In this document: one piece after another, positions 26,156-40,400 of the stretch
How the letters are laid out: every line of letters begins with the position of its first letter
How positions within the stretch are numbered: position 1 is the stretch's first letter
Assembly (NCBI RefSeq): GCF_009914755.1
Contig: NC_060930.1
DNA: 64,000 nt
Strand: one strand, 5' to 3'
Source of the DNA: the human T2T-CHM13v2.0 reference genome, Homo sapiens
Notes under the pieces: generated by a model
Seen by the model: only the letters and a program-made list of their open reading frames with translations
What the model was told of the DNA's origin: nothing
Databases searched by the model: none
Translations under genes and position numbers: made by a program

Positions 26156-26959
26156 AGCTTATCCATAAAACAATGTTCCTGCAGAATGAAAAAAATGTTA
26201 GATTAAGAAATGTTTAATAAAGTACCTTTGACTTTACTAAAGGGTTTAATAATTGAATAAAGTTCTTAATACAATATTGTAATAATACATCAGCAAATTA
26301 ATAGAACAAATATATTTCCATTATCATTATGTTTTATTTGTCTTTTTCACTACAATCAAGCCTATGAAAACAGGTAGGGGGAAAAAAACACCTAAAGCCC
26401 AATATGACAAAAAAAATTAATGTAATCAATTAAGGAGAAAATAAAAATATTTGTCATTTATGCAGCATTTGTCATATGCATATTTGTACCCATCTTTTTA
26501 TATATCATATACACAAGTACTCTATTTTCACCTTAGCAAGATCTGTGATCTCTCTGTTAAGGTCTGGTGCCTAGAATGGCAAAGAGTGTTCCTTGAGTAT
26601 GAATGTACATTAAGGATGGATAGTAATTCTTATTTGATTTCCAATTACTCTTCTTGTTGATGCTCAGAATGTATTTGAATTTTGGATCAACCATGTGTCA
26701 GACACAATGTTAATTAAGCATGATCCTATTGCATTCTACCCCAAAGTCCCCCAAAACTGTGAACTAATATGAGGCTTAATGAAATTTAAGATGGGACTGA
26801 CATTACACAGTGAGGAATGAGGTAAAATTAACCCCAAACCTCTGGATTTCATGGGCTGAATCTCCATCATTAGACTTGATTGCATCCCAAGTATTTCATT
26901 AATGGACATTGCTTTATCATGCCTAAGGGCTATCAATTTACATCTGAACATCTTTTTGT

Positions 26960-28020
26960 GACAGAAGGTAAGGCAGGGCTTAAAGAATGATTATGGCAAG
27001 TCAAAAGGATATGGGAGCTGCCTCAAGTGGCTAAATCTGGGATATTTTGAGCTCCAAATTAAATAATAAGCCATTGAGTAAAATAATAATTAGTGAGTCA
27101 ATGCTAATATAAATAAATGAATAATAAAAGAGAGAGAAGGAAACACTCTTCCTAGATTAGAAAGCCATCTCGTACATAATTAGAAAAGCATGATTTGACA
27201 ATCATCAGAAAAATAATGGGTTTAAGAAAGAATTATTAAATAGATATTAAAACTAGTGGGTGAGTGTGGGGAATAACGGCATATTTGCAAAATCTGAAAT
27301 TACCTCTCCCAAAATACTTCTTAATTGCAAAGAGCTAGGTAGTAACTTGTAAATGGGAGAAAGCTGGCCAACATAATCTTATCCAAGTCATCAAAGTGAA
27401 TGATGCTCTAGTGAGACAAATGGACATCATATGCCTGATAGATGAGCTGAGGACATAGCATGACTTCTGTGGAATTTCTGCCAGAAACATGTAAGTTGAA
27501 TCTAATTATGAAGACACTTCAGCAGAACTCAAATGAAGGGAATTTCCACAAAATAACTGACTAGTACCCTTCAAAGGTGTGAAATGTCCTGAAAAAGAGA
27601 GAAATCTTCCAGATTAAAGGAGATAAAGACGCATGACATTACTGTGCAGTGTCTGAGATGGCACCTACTTATACTACAGAGATTAAGATTGGACAATTGA
27701 CAAAATTTGCATAGGTTAGTAGCTTAGATAGTGATGTAGTACCAATATTAATTTCCTGATTTTGGTAATTATAGTCTGATTAAGTGAGAAGATATTCTTG
27801 TTTTTAGGAAACTCCCTAATGTATCTAAAGGGTGAAGGAAAATCATGTTTTCAGTTTATTTTTAATTGGTTCAGAAAAATAATTTGGTATAGACAGAGAA
27901 AGAGCAAAAGAGCACAGGCAAACGGATTAACATTTGGTCTACCTGGGTGAATTCTTTGTATTATTCTTGAAACTCCTCTGTAAGTTTGAACTTAGGTCAA
28001 AATATTAAAATGAAATGAAA
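26960..28020 (+). mobile_element. L1MC-type 3' end (L1MC3/4-like)
   Basis: gggcttaaagaatgat...aaatctgggatattttgagc...ccaatattaatttcctgattttg...ctgtaagtttgaa terminal motif. Confidence 0.7.
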
Positions 28021-28290
28021 AAGTTACATTTCTTAAAGAGTTAAATCTACTTTATATCTCTACATATGTCTGAGTTACTTTCTATGTAATAGCCTAGAAG
28101 TGAGACGTCTATTCTAAGGATATGTGCATTTGCAATTTTAATGCTAAATTACTCTCTTGAGCTGTCACTTCAAGTTACATTTCCAGTAGTGTAGAGAATT
28201 CTCAAACTTCTGTAACTTTCCTCAAACCTGATACTATTACACTTCAATGTTTGCCACCCTGGTAATTAAGAAATTGTATTTTGTTATTTT

Positions 28291-29430
28291 TAAAATATTT
28301 TAAAACTTTGTGGGTACATAGTAGGTATATATATTCACGGGGTACAGGAGATGTTTTGATATAGACGTGTAATGTGAAATGATCAAATAATCACATCATG
28401 GAGAATGGGGTATCCATCACCTCAAACATTTATCCTTTGAGTTACAAACAATCCAATTACTCTTTAAGTTATTTTTAAATGTACAATTAACTTAGTATTG
28501 ACTATAGTCAACCTATTGTGCTATCAAATAGTAGGTCTTATTCATTCTTTCTAACTATTTTTTGTACCCACTATCCATCCTCCCACACCCCCTCCCCCCA
28601 ACCACCACCCCCTGATGCCCCTGCTCTACACTACCCTTCCAAGCCTCTGGTAACCACCCTCTTACTCTCTATGTCCATGAGTTCAATTGTTTTGATTTTT
28701 AGATCCCACAAATAAATGAATCATGTGATGTCTTTCTGTCCTGGCTTATTTCACTTAACATAATGATCTTTAGTTCCGTCCATGTTGTTGTAAATGATTA
28801 GATCTCATTCTTTTTATGACTGAATGGTACTTCACTGTGTATGAGTACCACATTTTCTTTATCTGTTCATCTGTTGATGGGCATTTAGTGTGCTTCCAAA
28901 TCTTAGCTATTATAAACAGTGTTGCAACAAACAGGAGTGCAGCTAGCTCTTTAATATAATGATTTCCTTTCTTTTGGATATATACCCAGCAGTGGGATTG
29001 CTGGATCATGTGGTAGCTCAATTTTTAGTTTTTTGAGGAACCTCCAAACTATATTCCCTAGTGGTTGTACTAATTTACATTCTCACCAACAGTGTACGAG
29101 GGTTCCCTTTTCTCCACATCCTTGTCAGCATTCATTATTGCCTGTCTTTTGGATATAAAACATCTTAACTGGGGTGAGACGATAGTGCATTCTAGTTTTG
29201 ATTTGCATTTCTCTGATGACCAGTGATGCTGAGCACCTTTTCATATGCCTGTTTGCCATTTGTATGTCTTCTTGTGAGAAGTGCCTATTCAAATCTTTTG
29301 CCCATTTTTTTTATCAGATTATTAAACCTTTTCCTATAGAACTGCTTGAGCTCCTTATATATCCTGGTTATGAATCCCTTGTCAGATGGGTAGTTTGCAA
29401 ATATTTTCTCCCATTCTGTGGATTGTCTCT
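28291..29430 (-). mobile_element. L1MA (L1MA1/2-like) 3' end nested in an older L1ME fragment
   Basis: tgtgggtacatagtaggtatatatatt...cacatcatggagaatggggtatccatc; ORF2 C-terminal text (ORF 28770..29021); TSD ttgttatttt at 28281 and 29431. Confidence 0.88.
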
Positions 29431-31188
29431 TTGTTATTTTCATTTACACTTCTCTGATGACTTTTACATTTGAACATATTTTCATATGTTTTTAAACACC
29501 CAAGTTTTTTATCCCATGGATTGTCTGTTCATACCCTTTGTCCATTTTAAATGTTTTTATTTTTATATTTTTCTTATTGATATACAGGTCTTTATATACT
29601 CGTATTTATTTTGTATGTAAATTGTTTTTTTAAATGTGTATATGTGTTTGTCTAAAGCTTTTTTTTACCTTTTGAGGGTCAGAATAAGGGCATATACCCT
29701 GAAAAATTCAAATTGAAGCTCGCCCTTCATTCAGTCATGTGCTGAACTGATGCTTGCAGGAATCCTGAAGTATTGCCCTGATTACTTTGCACTTCGTTTC
29801 AATGGTAGCCCTCTTCAGTAAATTTCTTTTAAATTAACACCAAAGCTTCCTATTTTCTGATTCTTCATTATATGGTAAAATAGGCTCAACGACATTGTCA
29901 ATCCTGAAAATCCAAAAGAGTAATTGAAGTCTAATTATATCCTTTGCCTTCTGGAAGACATGCAGTCACAATTTGCTTTGGGATTTTGTTTTAAAGTATA
30001 GGTCCTTTCTCCTCACACCTTCTTGAAAGATTGCTGCAGGAAGCTGGTTTAAATATAGTGGCTTGAATATTGCAGATTTAAAGGAATATAAATAACCTGG
30101 AAGTGTGATTTTGAAATATAAGCAAATTGATCTTTTTCTTTCCTAAAAGATGTAAATACAATTTATAAAACTTTGTGTCCACAAACTGCATGATGATTTT
30201 CACAGGAAAGTAATGAACATCTTGAACACTGTACTTCCAAATTAAATATGACATTAATGGGCACCATTTAATGCAGCTCAGCTCTGCTCTGATGGCCATT
30301 TTAATTGGATTGCTGCTGTTGTGAATAGAAAAGTTGCTGACAATGTTAGAAAAACTAAGCTTACACAAAAGTACCACCTAAGAAGATGTTGGACTTGAAT
30401 TTGCACGTTTAATCAATCAAGTTAGCTCATCTTATACCTCTTCCAGAAATGCAATTTTTATATACAAGTTGTTAGACAAACACACAGTGGCTCATTGTGA
30501 ATTCTACGGCCTATGTTCTGATGACAACTAGTCTTTTTCCTGAACTGAATGTCTGCGTGTCTGCTGTGGCTGCCGGTTACGTCATATAATTACCAGACAG
30601 TCCTTTCATCCTAAGGCAAGACTTTCTCTTGGGGACTATAAGTACATGAATGACAACCTAGAGTTAAATATAAAATTTAAAAAGGATGAAATTCATGCCA
30701 GAAGCAGAAATGGCAGAGGTAATGTTCCCTGATAAAGCACTGTACCATGTAGACTGTTCTTTCTAAATAAGTTTTCAACTCTCCTTTTCTAAATTTTAAA
30801 AAATAAAGCAGCAGAAATATGCAAAATCATTTTTTAATTCCAAAAAGCAAGAATCAGGATTATTACTTTATTTAGGTTGCCTCTGAAATAAGTTGTTGAA
30901 TTTGATGTCAACTTATAAACTTGGGCTATAACCACATTGGAGAACTACTAGAGTAAAGAAACTTCAGGTAAGAAATAGTCATTCTGGAAACTGTTGAATA
31001 GCTGTTTTCCAGGACATCACCATTGTTGGTAAATATCTTATTTTATTATAAGCTGTGCAAGTGTTTATACCCACTTTACAACTTTCTCTCAATCTTATTA
31101 TTCCATCAAAATTGTTTGAACTTGATCATTCCTGAACATTAATTGCTTATGAAAATCTCTTAGAAGAACTATTTAATCATGGAGATAC

Positions 31189-31190
<2 letters not shown>

Positions 31191-31226
<36 letters not shown>

Positions 31227-31248
31227 CAGACAGACACACACACACACA
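31191..31248. repeat. (CA)n microsatellite, interrupted
   Basis: Direct reading. Confidence 0.95.
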
Positions 31249-31969
31249 GTATGTTATTTAAACTCTGTCTTTATCTTTTTTACACCATGCAAATATACAA
31301 ATAATTTGTTTAGGTTATTACCGCAGGCTCTGAAATAATATTCAATACTCAATAGTTAAAGGCTGCTGCCACCAAAGTCTGCTGCTTTTTGTATAACCAA
31401 AGTATTTCTTTTTAATCTGATTAGTTTTGAAATGAACTAAAATCACTCATTTTCATCTTCCACAACAGGAAGGTGGCCATGGCAAAGTGATCATGTAAGT
31501 TCCTAAAGTATCTAACAATATACAAGAAGCTTCAAATAACATTTTTCTTTTTACATACAAAAAATTAACATAATGCTAGATCTATAGTTCAGATGGCAGT
31601 GCTTCAGAATAATGGCACTGTTATTGAAACTGCATCATCCATTGTAATTTAATTTCCACTCTTAAGGCGGTAACAATTACGTGTGAAAGTGGTAGTAAGA
31701 ATGATGTCTGATAAGGCACTCTGGTGGATGTATATACATACATTATAGTTGCTTTTCATCTGACTACAATTTCTTCCTCTAATGGTAGCTACCAAGTTGT
31801 CAGATAAACTGCAATAGCCCAGGCAGGTGGTGTGAACACAGTGTAAACAAAGACACTTGGTCAGAGACTGGATTTTCAGGAAAACCAAATGTCTTAAAAG
31901 TATGAATATAGCAATTATTTTTGACTGGTGTTACCTTCAGGCTAGAAAACTTCCCAGAGATAGGCGAAA

Positions 31970-32144
31970 GCAATGGTTCTCAAAGTATTGACCCCACCAA
32001 CAACATCAACATCACCTGGGAAGTCATTAGAAATGCAAATCCTTAGGTCACATTTCAGACTTAGTGAATTAGAAACTCTGGGAGTAGACATGTTTTAATA
32101 AGCCCTTCAGGCTATTCTGCTGCTGCTCAAATTTGAGAACCACT
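31970..32144. mobile_element. MER5A (hAT-Charlie MITE)
   Basis: TIRs caatggttctcaaa / tttgagaaccact; internal catcacctgggaa...ttagaaatgcaaat. Confidence 0.85.
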
Positions 32145-33414
32145 TATCTAGAAGAAGCAAACATTTGCCAAAGGAAATAGTGGAGATTAGGCTGTAAATT
32201 CTGTGGGGAAGGAGTTAGGGAAGTGGTGGGAAATGCAGGATCGTGCCTCGTGGTAATGCAAAGTGCACAGATGCTGACCGTGCGATCCCCAGCTAACCCA
32301 GGGTCTTATTTCACTAATCCCTGTCTTTGGCAGTAAAGTTTTCCAAATTTGAAAAAGAAAAGCCACTGTGATTGGTACAGATGATAAGGAACATTTGAGA
32401 TCTCTTTCTGATGAAACCATGTCCATATATATGGCCATGATATATGTTGGGACAAAAGACATACACTAAGTATTTAAAACACTGGCTGTAATTTGAGCAA
32501 TCTTAGGCATTTACACTAAATTTGGCATAGTACCTGTATTTGTCATAATATGAGCTCTGGACCTACAACTAAGAGACTCCTGTCAGGGCCTACTTAATTC
32601 TAGAAGAGCCTCTAAAATTAGCCATACAATTTAATAATATTTCAAAGGGTTATCTTGTCTCATTGACATAATGAGAGCAAATCAAAAAAAGGCTACAGCA
32701 TAAATGTATATTTAGTGCAAGTTCTGCACACCTATGCAAAATGTAAGAAAATTACCAGCTTTCCTATAATTGTGAGGAGTTTTCACAATTTAAAATTCTA
32801 GATGTACTTCATGAACTAAACTAAAATGCCATTTAGCAGCTTTTTCAAAGTTATGAGTCTAAAAGTTATTTCCCTTTATAGCTTTAAATAAATTTTATGG
32901 TTCAAATAGAAAAGATGTTTTACAGTTTTGTTGGTTACTAGAATATGAACCTTTTATTCATATCAGACATAGGGAAAGGCTACTAAAATTATTCTTAAAA
33001 AATTGTCATCAAGTCAGGAAGTTATAAATAGATACACAAATGATACTGTCAGCTTGACTGAAGCTTGTTTCTAAGATGATTTTTCAATATCCTCTGGGTA
33101 AGGTCACATGTTTATATAGCTAAATAGCTAAGTTTTATATAACCAGTTTAAAGGTCATTGACATAAGATAGTTATGCATTTAATATTCCCTTTGGAACTT
33201 AAAGCAATTTTTCATAATTAAAAACATGAAACTTACTTCCTCATCTTCATGCCATTTGAGGACATAATTCTTTATTTCTCCTTTTTGCCTTAAATTTGAA
33301 ACTCTGCCTGTTATGAGCCTCAGTGTCTTGCTGTCCTTTGGAATATATCTCTTATTTCTGTGCCTACTGCACACCATTGGGGTTATTTGCTATTATACAA
33401 ATAACACTGCATTT

Positions 33415-33830
33415 TGAGTGAGGCATTTTCCATTGTCCACCCTCAGTTAATTATCTGCTCTTCTTCATCCTGCTCTGTGTCCCAGGAGGATGACCAGTAA
33501 CAGCTGTACTACCCAGCACCCTTTCTCTTTGGCTTTGATTTGCATTCAGCCATTATGGGCCATGCGTGGGAGAGAAAGATGTACAAGAAGGATGAAGTTC
33601 ATGAATTGATTTTCTCTGGCCCCTCTACGCTAGGTTGAGACCAGTTGGTTGTGTTTTCCACCAAAAACCACATTGTCAGGGCTTCCACTACAATTACGTT
33701 ACTCTCTCTGGGTTTCATAAATGGTTCTCTCCTCTTTCTGCACTTACTTTGCTTAGCCATGTTAAATTCTCCTCAATGACCCACTTAAGTGGGCCTTCTC
33801 ATCCTACCTCATCCCAGTTAAGTCTGAGAA
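33415..33830 (+). mobile_element. ERVL LTR33-like
   Basis: ttcttcatcctgctctgtgtcccaggaggatgacc...ttaaattctcctcaatgaccc matches recalled LTR33 blocks. Confidence 0.55.
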
Positions 33831-33896
33831 CTTGATTTATACAGTTTTAAACAGATACTTGCTGGGCACACAACAGCAAATGGGACAATGTGGTAC

Positions 33897-34214
33897 TGTC
33901 TTAGTCAGTTCAGGCTACTATATGAAAATGCCTTGGGTAATTTATAAACAGCAGCAATTTATTTCTCACAATTCTGGAGGCTGGGAAGTCCAAGATCAAG
34001 GCACCAGCATATTCAGCATCTGGTGAGGGCTCTCTGCTTCCTAGATGGCACTTTTTAGTTGAGTCCTCTTTTACAGGAGCACTAATGACATTCTTGAGAG
34101 CTCCACCCTCATGACCCAATCATCTCCCAAAGGTCTTCCCTTTTAATACCATTTCTTTGGGGTCTAGGTTTCAACAAAATAATCTTGGGGAACACAAGCT
34201 TTCAGACCACAGCA
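33897..34214 (-). mobile_element. MaLR LTR (MLT1A/MSTC-like)
   Basis: tgtcttagtcagttcaggct...ttctggaggctgggaagtccaagatcaagg...ttcagaccacagca; TSD ggtac/agtac. Confidence 0.85.
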
Positions 34215-34789
34215 AGTACTAATACCAAAAAAATTATTTATTTTGCCCTTTAATGGATTTTCAGGAAATTAGAAGTGTTTATATCACAGTGCCATATCTA
34301 ATTCTAGTCTTAAAATTTCTAAGCAAAAGAAAGATCAGAGCAGAAGTATTAATTATCCTTTAAAGAACTTGATAGGAAAATAAATTGATGCAAGCTGTAA
34401 TGTCACATGTCTGTAGAGCAACTTATGGTTTATTAAGTCCTTTCACACACATCATCTCACTTAAAAAAACAAGTCTGGGAAGTGATCACAAAAAAAGAAA
34501 AAAATTGACTTCATTACTTTGCAGTTTGGGTACAATATTTTATTCTTTAGAGACTATCTATTTCTCCATATAGGTAGCCATTTTTATGTATATGAGGTTC
34601 ATGTATATATAAAGCATCTTAGTAGAAGTCAATAAATATTGCTTCCTTTTTCTAATTCCACACTCAGTATCTAATTATGCTATGATGTTTAATAATATAT
34701 AAATTATTGCCTGGATTTTAAAATTTCAAAGAAGTGTTCTATGCTTGAGGAGCTTGCAATGTAGATGGGGAGCAAATTATACACCACTA

Positions 34790-35308
34790 TTTTTTCTATT
34801 AATTATTTAAAGCATCACCCTAAAGCTTAGTGGCTTAAAACAGTAATACTCACTTATTATTATCTTTCCCAGTTTCTGTGAATCAGGAGTGGGGAAGTGG
34901 ATTGGCTGGGCTTTCATCTACTATATGAGCTAGGGGGACTCTGATGATTATTTACAGGGGATCTCATGTGGTTACTCCTCTTGGCTTGAACAGCACTAGA
35001 GAATCCACTTCACTGAGGTTTACTCATGTGGCTGGCAAATTAATGCTGGCTAATTGGTTCCTATCCATATTGACCTCTCCATAGGGCTGCCTGAATGTCC
35101 TGATGACATGTCTTCCAAGTGAGTGACCAAGGTGAGCATGTCTTCCAAGTGAGAGACCAAGGTGACAGTTACTATGCCTTTTATGAATGACCTGGTTTGA
35201 AACACATCATCATTTCTGCCACACTCTATTGGCCCCAAAGGTCAGCCTTGATTCAATATGGGAGAAGGGTATAGATATCGGGAGCCTTCTTGGATGCTGG
35301 CTACCACA
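34790..35308 (-). mobile_element. MaLR LTR (MLT1F/H-like)
   Basis: caccctaaagcttagtggcttaaaac...gtggctggcaa...ctctccatagggctgcctga...ctggctaccaca. Confidence 0.7.
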
Positions 35309-35329
35309 TACACCTAGGAAATAAAACAA

Positions 35330-36000
35330 TAACACAATCGGGTATCCAAATGAGGATTAATGAGAGACGGTGTTGCAAGAGCTAAATCAATGTTGCTCGA
35401 AATTGTAGAAAAGACCTAGAGGCTGAAGTGGCACTAGATTTGAAGAATGGTAAGATTTGCAAATGTGGGGATAGAAGAAGACATGGGGGAACATGAGTTT
35501 TCCTGGAAAATGTAACAAAGAAAGAATGACCAAGTAGAGTGTGTCTGAGAATTACTGAGAAGAATAATCCTAAAGAAGACTAATGAGAGGTTTGAGGGCA
35601 AATTGGAGCCCTATTGGGAATTAGAGTTTAATCCTTCGAGGCAATAGAAAAGCCTGTGACTGACATGATGAAATTAATACTGTAAGACAATTAAAATAAG
35701 GACATCTTTGGAGTTATTTAAATTTGAAGGGATAAAGACCTAAGTAAAGTTACTGCTGGAAGTTGTCAATGATAAAGAAATAGGTATGTATGTTGGAGAC
35801 ATTTTGAATGAAGAATTAACAAGGGCTAGTTATGGACAATGCCCGAGTAGAGCCAATATTGACTTTGTGTCTTCAAACTCAAGTAACCTGGAGAATGAGG
35901 GTGCTAATGGTGAGAAACAGAGAAGCTAGCTTTGGGGGATGAAAGCAGGTGGTAAGACAATATGCTTGCTGAGACAAGTTGAGTCTGAGGTGGGACAGCC
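35330..36000 (-). mobile_element. L2 fragment
   Basis: Purine-rich antisense L2 motifs (ggcaatagaaaagcc...gtgactgacatgat; ctggagaatgagggtgc; gttgagtctgaggtg). Confidence 0.5.
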
Positions 36001-37149
36001 AAGTTTATAAAGACATGTTAAAACAGTATCTTCATTTGCAGCCCCTGCTATTACTTAGGACTCTCCCCAGCCACATTTACAATTCTTAGAAAGCTGTGGG
36101 CCCATTAAAAATAATTCTTGTTATTGTTATGAATAGTATATTTCACACAGCTTTAGCAGATGACCTGACCAGTTTTCTCTAATAACATCACAGTTTCATC
36201 AGGCAACATGGGAACCCAGAAAACAAGAGATATGAGATAAAGGAAGCTAATGAGGGAGGATATGTGAATCTTTCATCTACTATATGAACTAGGGGGAGTC
36301 TGATGATTATTTATATTTCCTCTGTGAGAATGCCTGCCACAGAATAATAGAAGCAGATACTATCTATGCATTGTCAATTTTGAAACAGAGGTCAAAAGGA
36401 CTACTTGACCAGAGTCACTTATGATCAGTAATCAAGTCTCATGATTATAAAAGATACCAGCTCTTTCTATGATGACAATATACATTCCCTAATAAGTTTA
36501 TTTTTGAACTGATACATAAAAGGTGCAAATATGACATTTTCCTTGATACTGCTCCTGGCATAATGACTTGATTGATTTAAGAATGGAAACAATCATCATC
36601 AAGATATATTTGCTACATATCTAATTATACATTGAGCTGAGCCATAATCACTTGAAACAGTTCAAATGCACTCAGACAAAATGTGATCAATTTTACAATA
36701 TTGGCACAGGTGGTCAGTGTGACAGCTCATGAAATCAATTAAGTTCAGAAGGGAAAAAATGAGGTTTGAGAATGGTAAAAAAAAAAAATTAGAATGTAAA
36801 ATTCTGCACATTCCAAGCATTTTAAAATTATTTTATTAGAACATTAGAAAATTTTCAAACATAAACAAAAGTACAATGATACCCATGGACCATTAACCAG
36901 CTACAAAAATCATCAACCCACACATGCCAAGCATTTTATATATGTTACTTTATACTAATACTCAAAGAGCGTAAGAACATCGCCTAAAACTATTCAGTTA
37001 GTATGGAGTAAAGTTGAGGTTTGAATTCATGTCTATGTGAAATCAGCCTCTCGGCCCTTTTTACAATAGTAGGTATAGAGCAAGGGGAAGGTGTGTCTTC
37101 CAAAAACACCTTTGCAGGTACAGACTTGACTTGATAAAGAATTTCATCT

Positions 37150-37444
<295 letters not shown>

Positions 37445-40400
37445 TTTATCTTCATCTTGACAATGCTGGCATACATACACATTTAGATTACACATAGAAT
37501 AAACATAATTTTAAATAACTACATAGTTGAATATCAAAGTACACATAATATACACACATTCCTCACAAATACCTTTAAATATCACAAGTATCTTTAATCT
37601 TTAATAGATGGGTCTGAAATGTCAATAGGCACCTTACAAAAGCTTACTGAATTAAGTGTAAGTACTCCATGGGGGACAAATAAGAGAGAAAATAAATTAC
37701 ATATCTGGTCATATCAACTGATTTTGTAGAATTAATTTTCCCTTTTACTGAATTCCTTTAGCTCTCAACATTGTTCTGGCCAAAAATCAATTATATACTC
37801 ATGCTTAGATTATAATCTGCTAAAGTATGGGGATCTTTTCAGATTCACATTTTTCAAAATTTAGAATATATTTACTGAGGGATTGAACAAGTGGATTGAG
37901 GCTTTGGATGCTGTTCATTTCTCATCTATTCTATTGCCTAGCAGTAGAGAGAAAAGTATAACTTCTGTCAGAATTGTGCTAAATAAATGAACATCCTGTT
38001 GTGCTTGTCATAGTTGTATGGAACCAGAAAATGTGATTTTGCAAGAGGCCCTGAGATGGTAGGCTTTGTCCATGACAGTGGCTAAGGCAACAGAATGAGG
38101 GGAAGGCATCTGGGGTCCTCTGCTGGTTGGTTTCCCTGGTGTAATTTTTTGAGCCCTACCTCCAGTCCACCCCTTACTACCAGCTCAGAAGATGTGAAGG
38201 AGTCTATGGTAATTTAGATATGGTGACAAAAGGCAGGATTTGCTCTTTATGACATCAATTTTCTCTTTTACTAAGGGGGATGAAATCAATAGTGACTGTG
38301 AAAAAAGAATAGTATCAGCATAATGCACAGAATCAGGGAAAAACAATTTTCATTTTGAAGGTGACTACATTGAATCAGTTTAAGTAAAATGATGTTGTTA
38401 AATACAGAGAATGTCTACAGGGAGGTCTTGAAAGTCGTGGAGAAACTTCGTAAAAATGTAGTTGCCTGGTTATATTTCAGAGCATGATTCCCAATTAAGA
38501 GCAAAGAGCAAGCCAGATTATTTTCAAAAGCATTCACAAGGGCCATTAAAGGTTTATGACAACTTTATATGATGAAGACTTGAAGTTTTGTTGTGTAGTT
38601 TGAAATTATCACCATACCCTGTAAAGTGAAATCCAGCACTTGAAAGAAGGCAGGAATAGAGTTTTATGAATTGTGCTAATAGAATCTTAATAGTAGACAA
38701 ATTAGAAAGACTTCAAAGATGTGGTCCATTTTCCAGCCCGTGGTTGAATCATCTCTACCATATCTCCACCAAGAGCCCCTTCAGCACTCAGGGTGACCGT
38801 GCAATCATTCTGGAAATGTTATGTTCTTACTGTGATGCTAAGAAACTCTTCATGAGATAAAATTCAGTGAGTTTTGATGTATATTTTGATATTCCTTTGA
38901 GAATGTCTTTTCTTATATTGAGTGAAAATATTAACCCTGTAACTTCTATCTCTTGGCCATAGTTACAAGGCTTTGGGGTCCTGACAAATAGCTTATTTTC
39001 ACATAAAAACTCCTCGCAAGTAGACGGAAGCATTTACACACTTTTTTCCTCCGTGGCTTGGAAGCCTACAGTGGATAAAGGGAGAGGAGTGGTAGGTTGC
39101 TTAGGCAGTCTCTTCCAATTTCCCCCTCCTTGTACTTGGCCTCTTCCCCCTCTCCTTCTCTAGATTGTCTTTCCCTTCTTTTTAGAGATGGATTGAGTGG
39201 GAGAGAGGGATGGTAAAGGCAGGGAAGTTTACTTGACTGGTACTGCCACAATATGGTGTGGGTGCTAGCTAAGCTTGACGCTGCTGGATTCCAGTACCCT
39301 GCACCTGAGGTGATCTTCCTCTTGGGCAGGATGGAAGTACTCCAGACCAACTCCTTCCACACTCAGTTCTGCCTTCAGCACAAGTACAGCCATTCCCAGT
39401 GCAGCCCTTTCTTTTTTGCTGTCCTGGATAGCTGGCCAGCCACCATCTTTTGCCTTTTGGCTTTGTTAGTGTGGATTTGATACCAGTCTCTCTACTTCAT
39501 GAACTCTGAATTTCTAAATTAGCCTTCCCAAGTGGCTTTCTTGATGCCGGTTGGTCTCTGCTTGAAGTGGGGAATATGCACAGGCACACATCTCCCCTGC
39601 CCTGTGTTGGGGATGGGGTGGCAAAGATTATCATAGCAGTTGATTCGCTTCACTAAAGAAATTATCTTCAAAACTAATCTAGGCTCTTTGCAAATTCAAC
39701 ATCCTAAATATCTCTAGATTTTTCCCCGTCTTTATTTTCCTTTTAATTTCTCATAGAGGATCTATTATACTTTGAAATATTAAGAGGAATGCTTATCACC
39801 TCTCTTTTGTCCTCCTCCTTTGAGTCTTCAGGCAAAACTAAGGCAGAGAGTCCTGTGTTAACATCCTATTACTCTAACATCACCATTTACTCTCTGTCTC
39901 TTGTCTACCCTCTGACCTGCAAGTCCAATGTGGATAGCAAATTCTCCTGGACAGCACTTTCCTCCTCAACCCTGAATCCATTCTGTAATTTCTCCTCACT
40001 GGACTTCCTGCCTTTGATAATATGCTATCCTTCCCTCTGTCTACCCACTAGCTGCTGTCATAGCTCATTTCAGTTTATTATTTAGTGTCTTATTCTAGAA
40101 AGTTCTATTGTGGCTTCTACTTTCTAAAAAAGGTTATTTTTAAACCATTTTTCTTCAAAGACCTCTTTGGCTCACTTTTCCCCCCGTATCCTACTTTGTC
40201 TCCTGTTTCTTGTTCACTCTACCTGTGCACTCCACCTAGATTGCTTCCTTTGTCAAAACTGGATCATGCTCTGACCACGCTGTCACTTTAGTCATAATCA
40301 CCAAGTACTCACTGAATAGCTACAGAGTATTGAGCACTATTCTGGGAAGCATGCAAGTTCAGGGAAAGTTAGGGTTTGCCTTCAAAAAATTGTGCTTTCA

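Noticed and set aside
34911-34954. C/D-box snoRNA (CTGA/TGATGA in the duplicated 44-mer)
   Set aside because: The boxes overlap instead of flanking a 60-90 nt body, and there is no terminal stem.
39050-39650. GC-richer block possibly an exon or promoter
   Set aside because: No coherent ORF homology or CpG island; more likely a very old LTR that I cannot assign.
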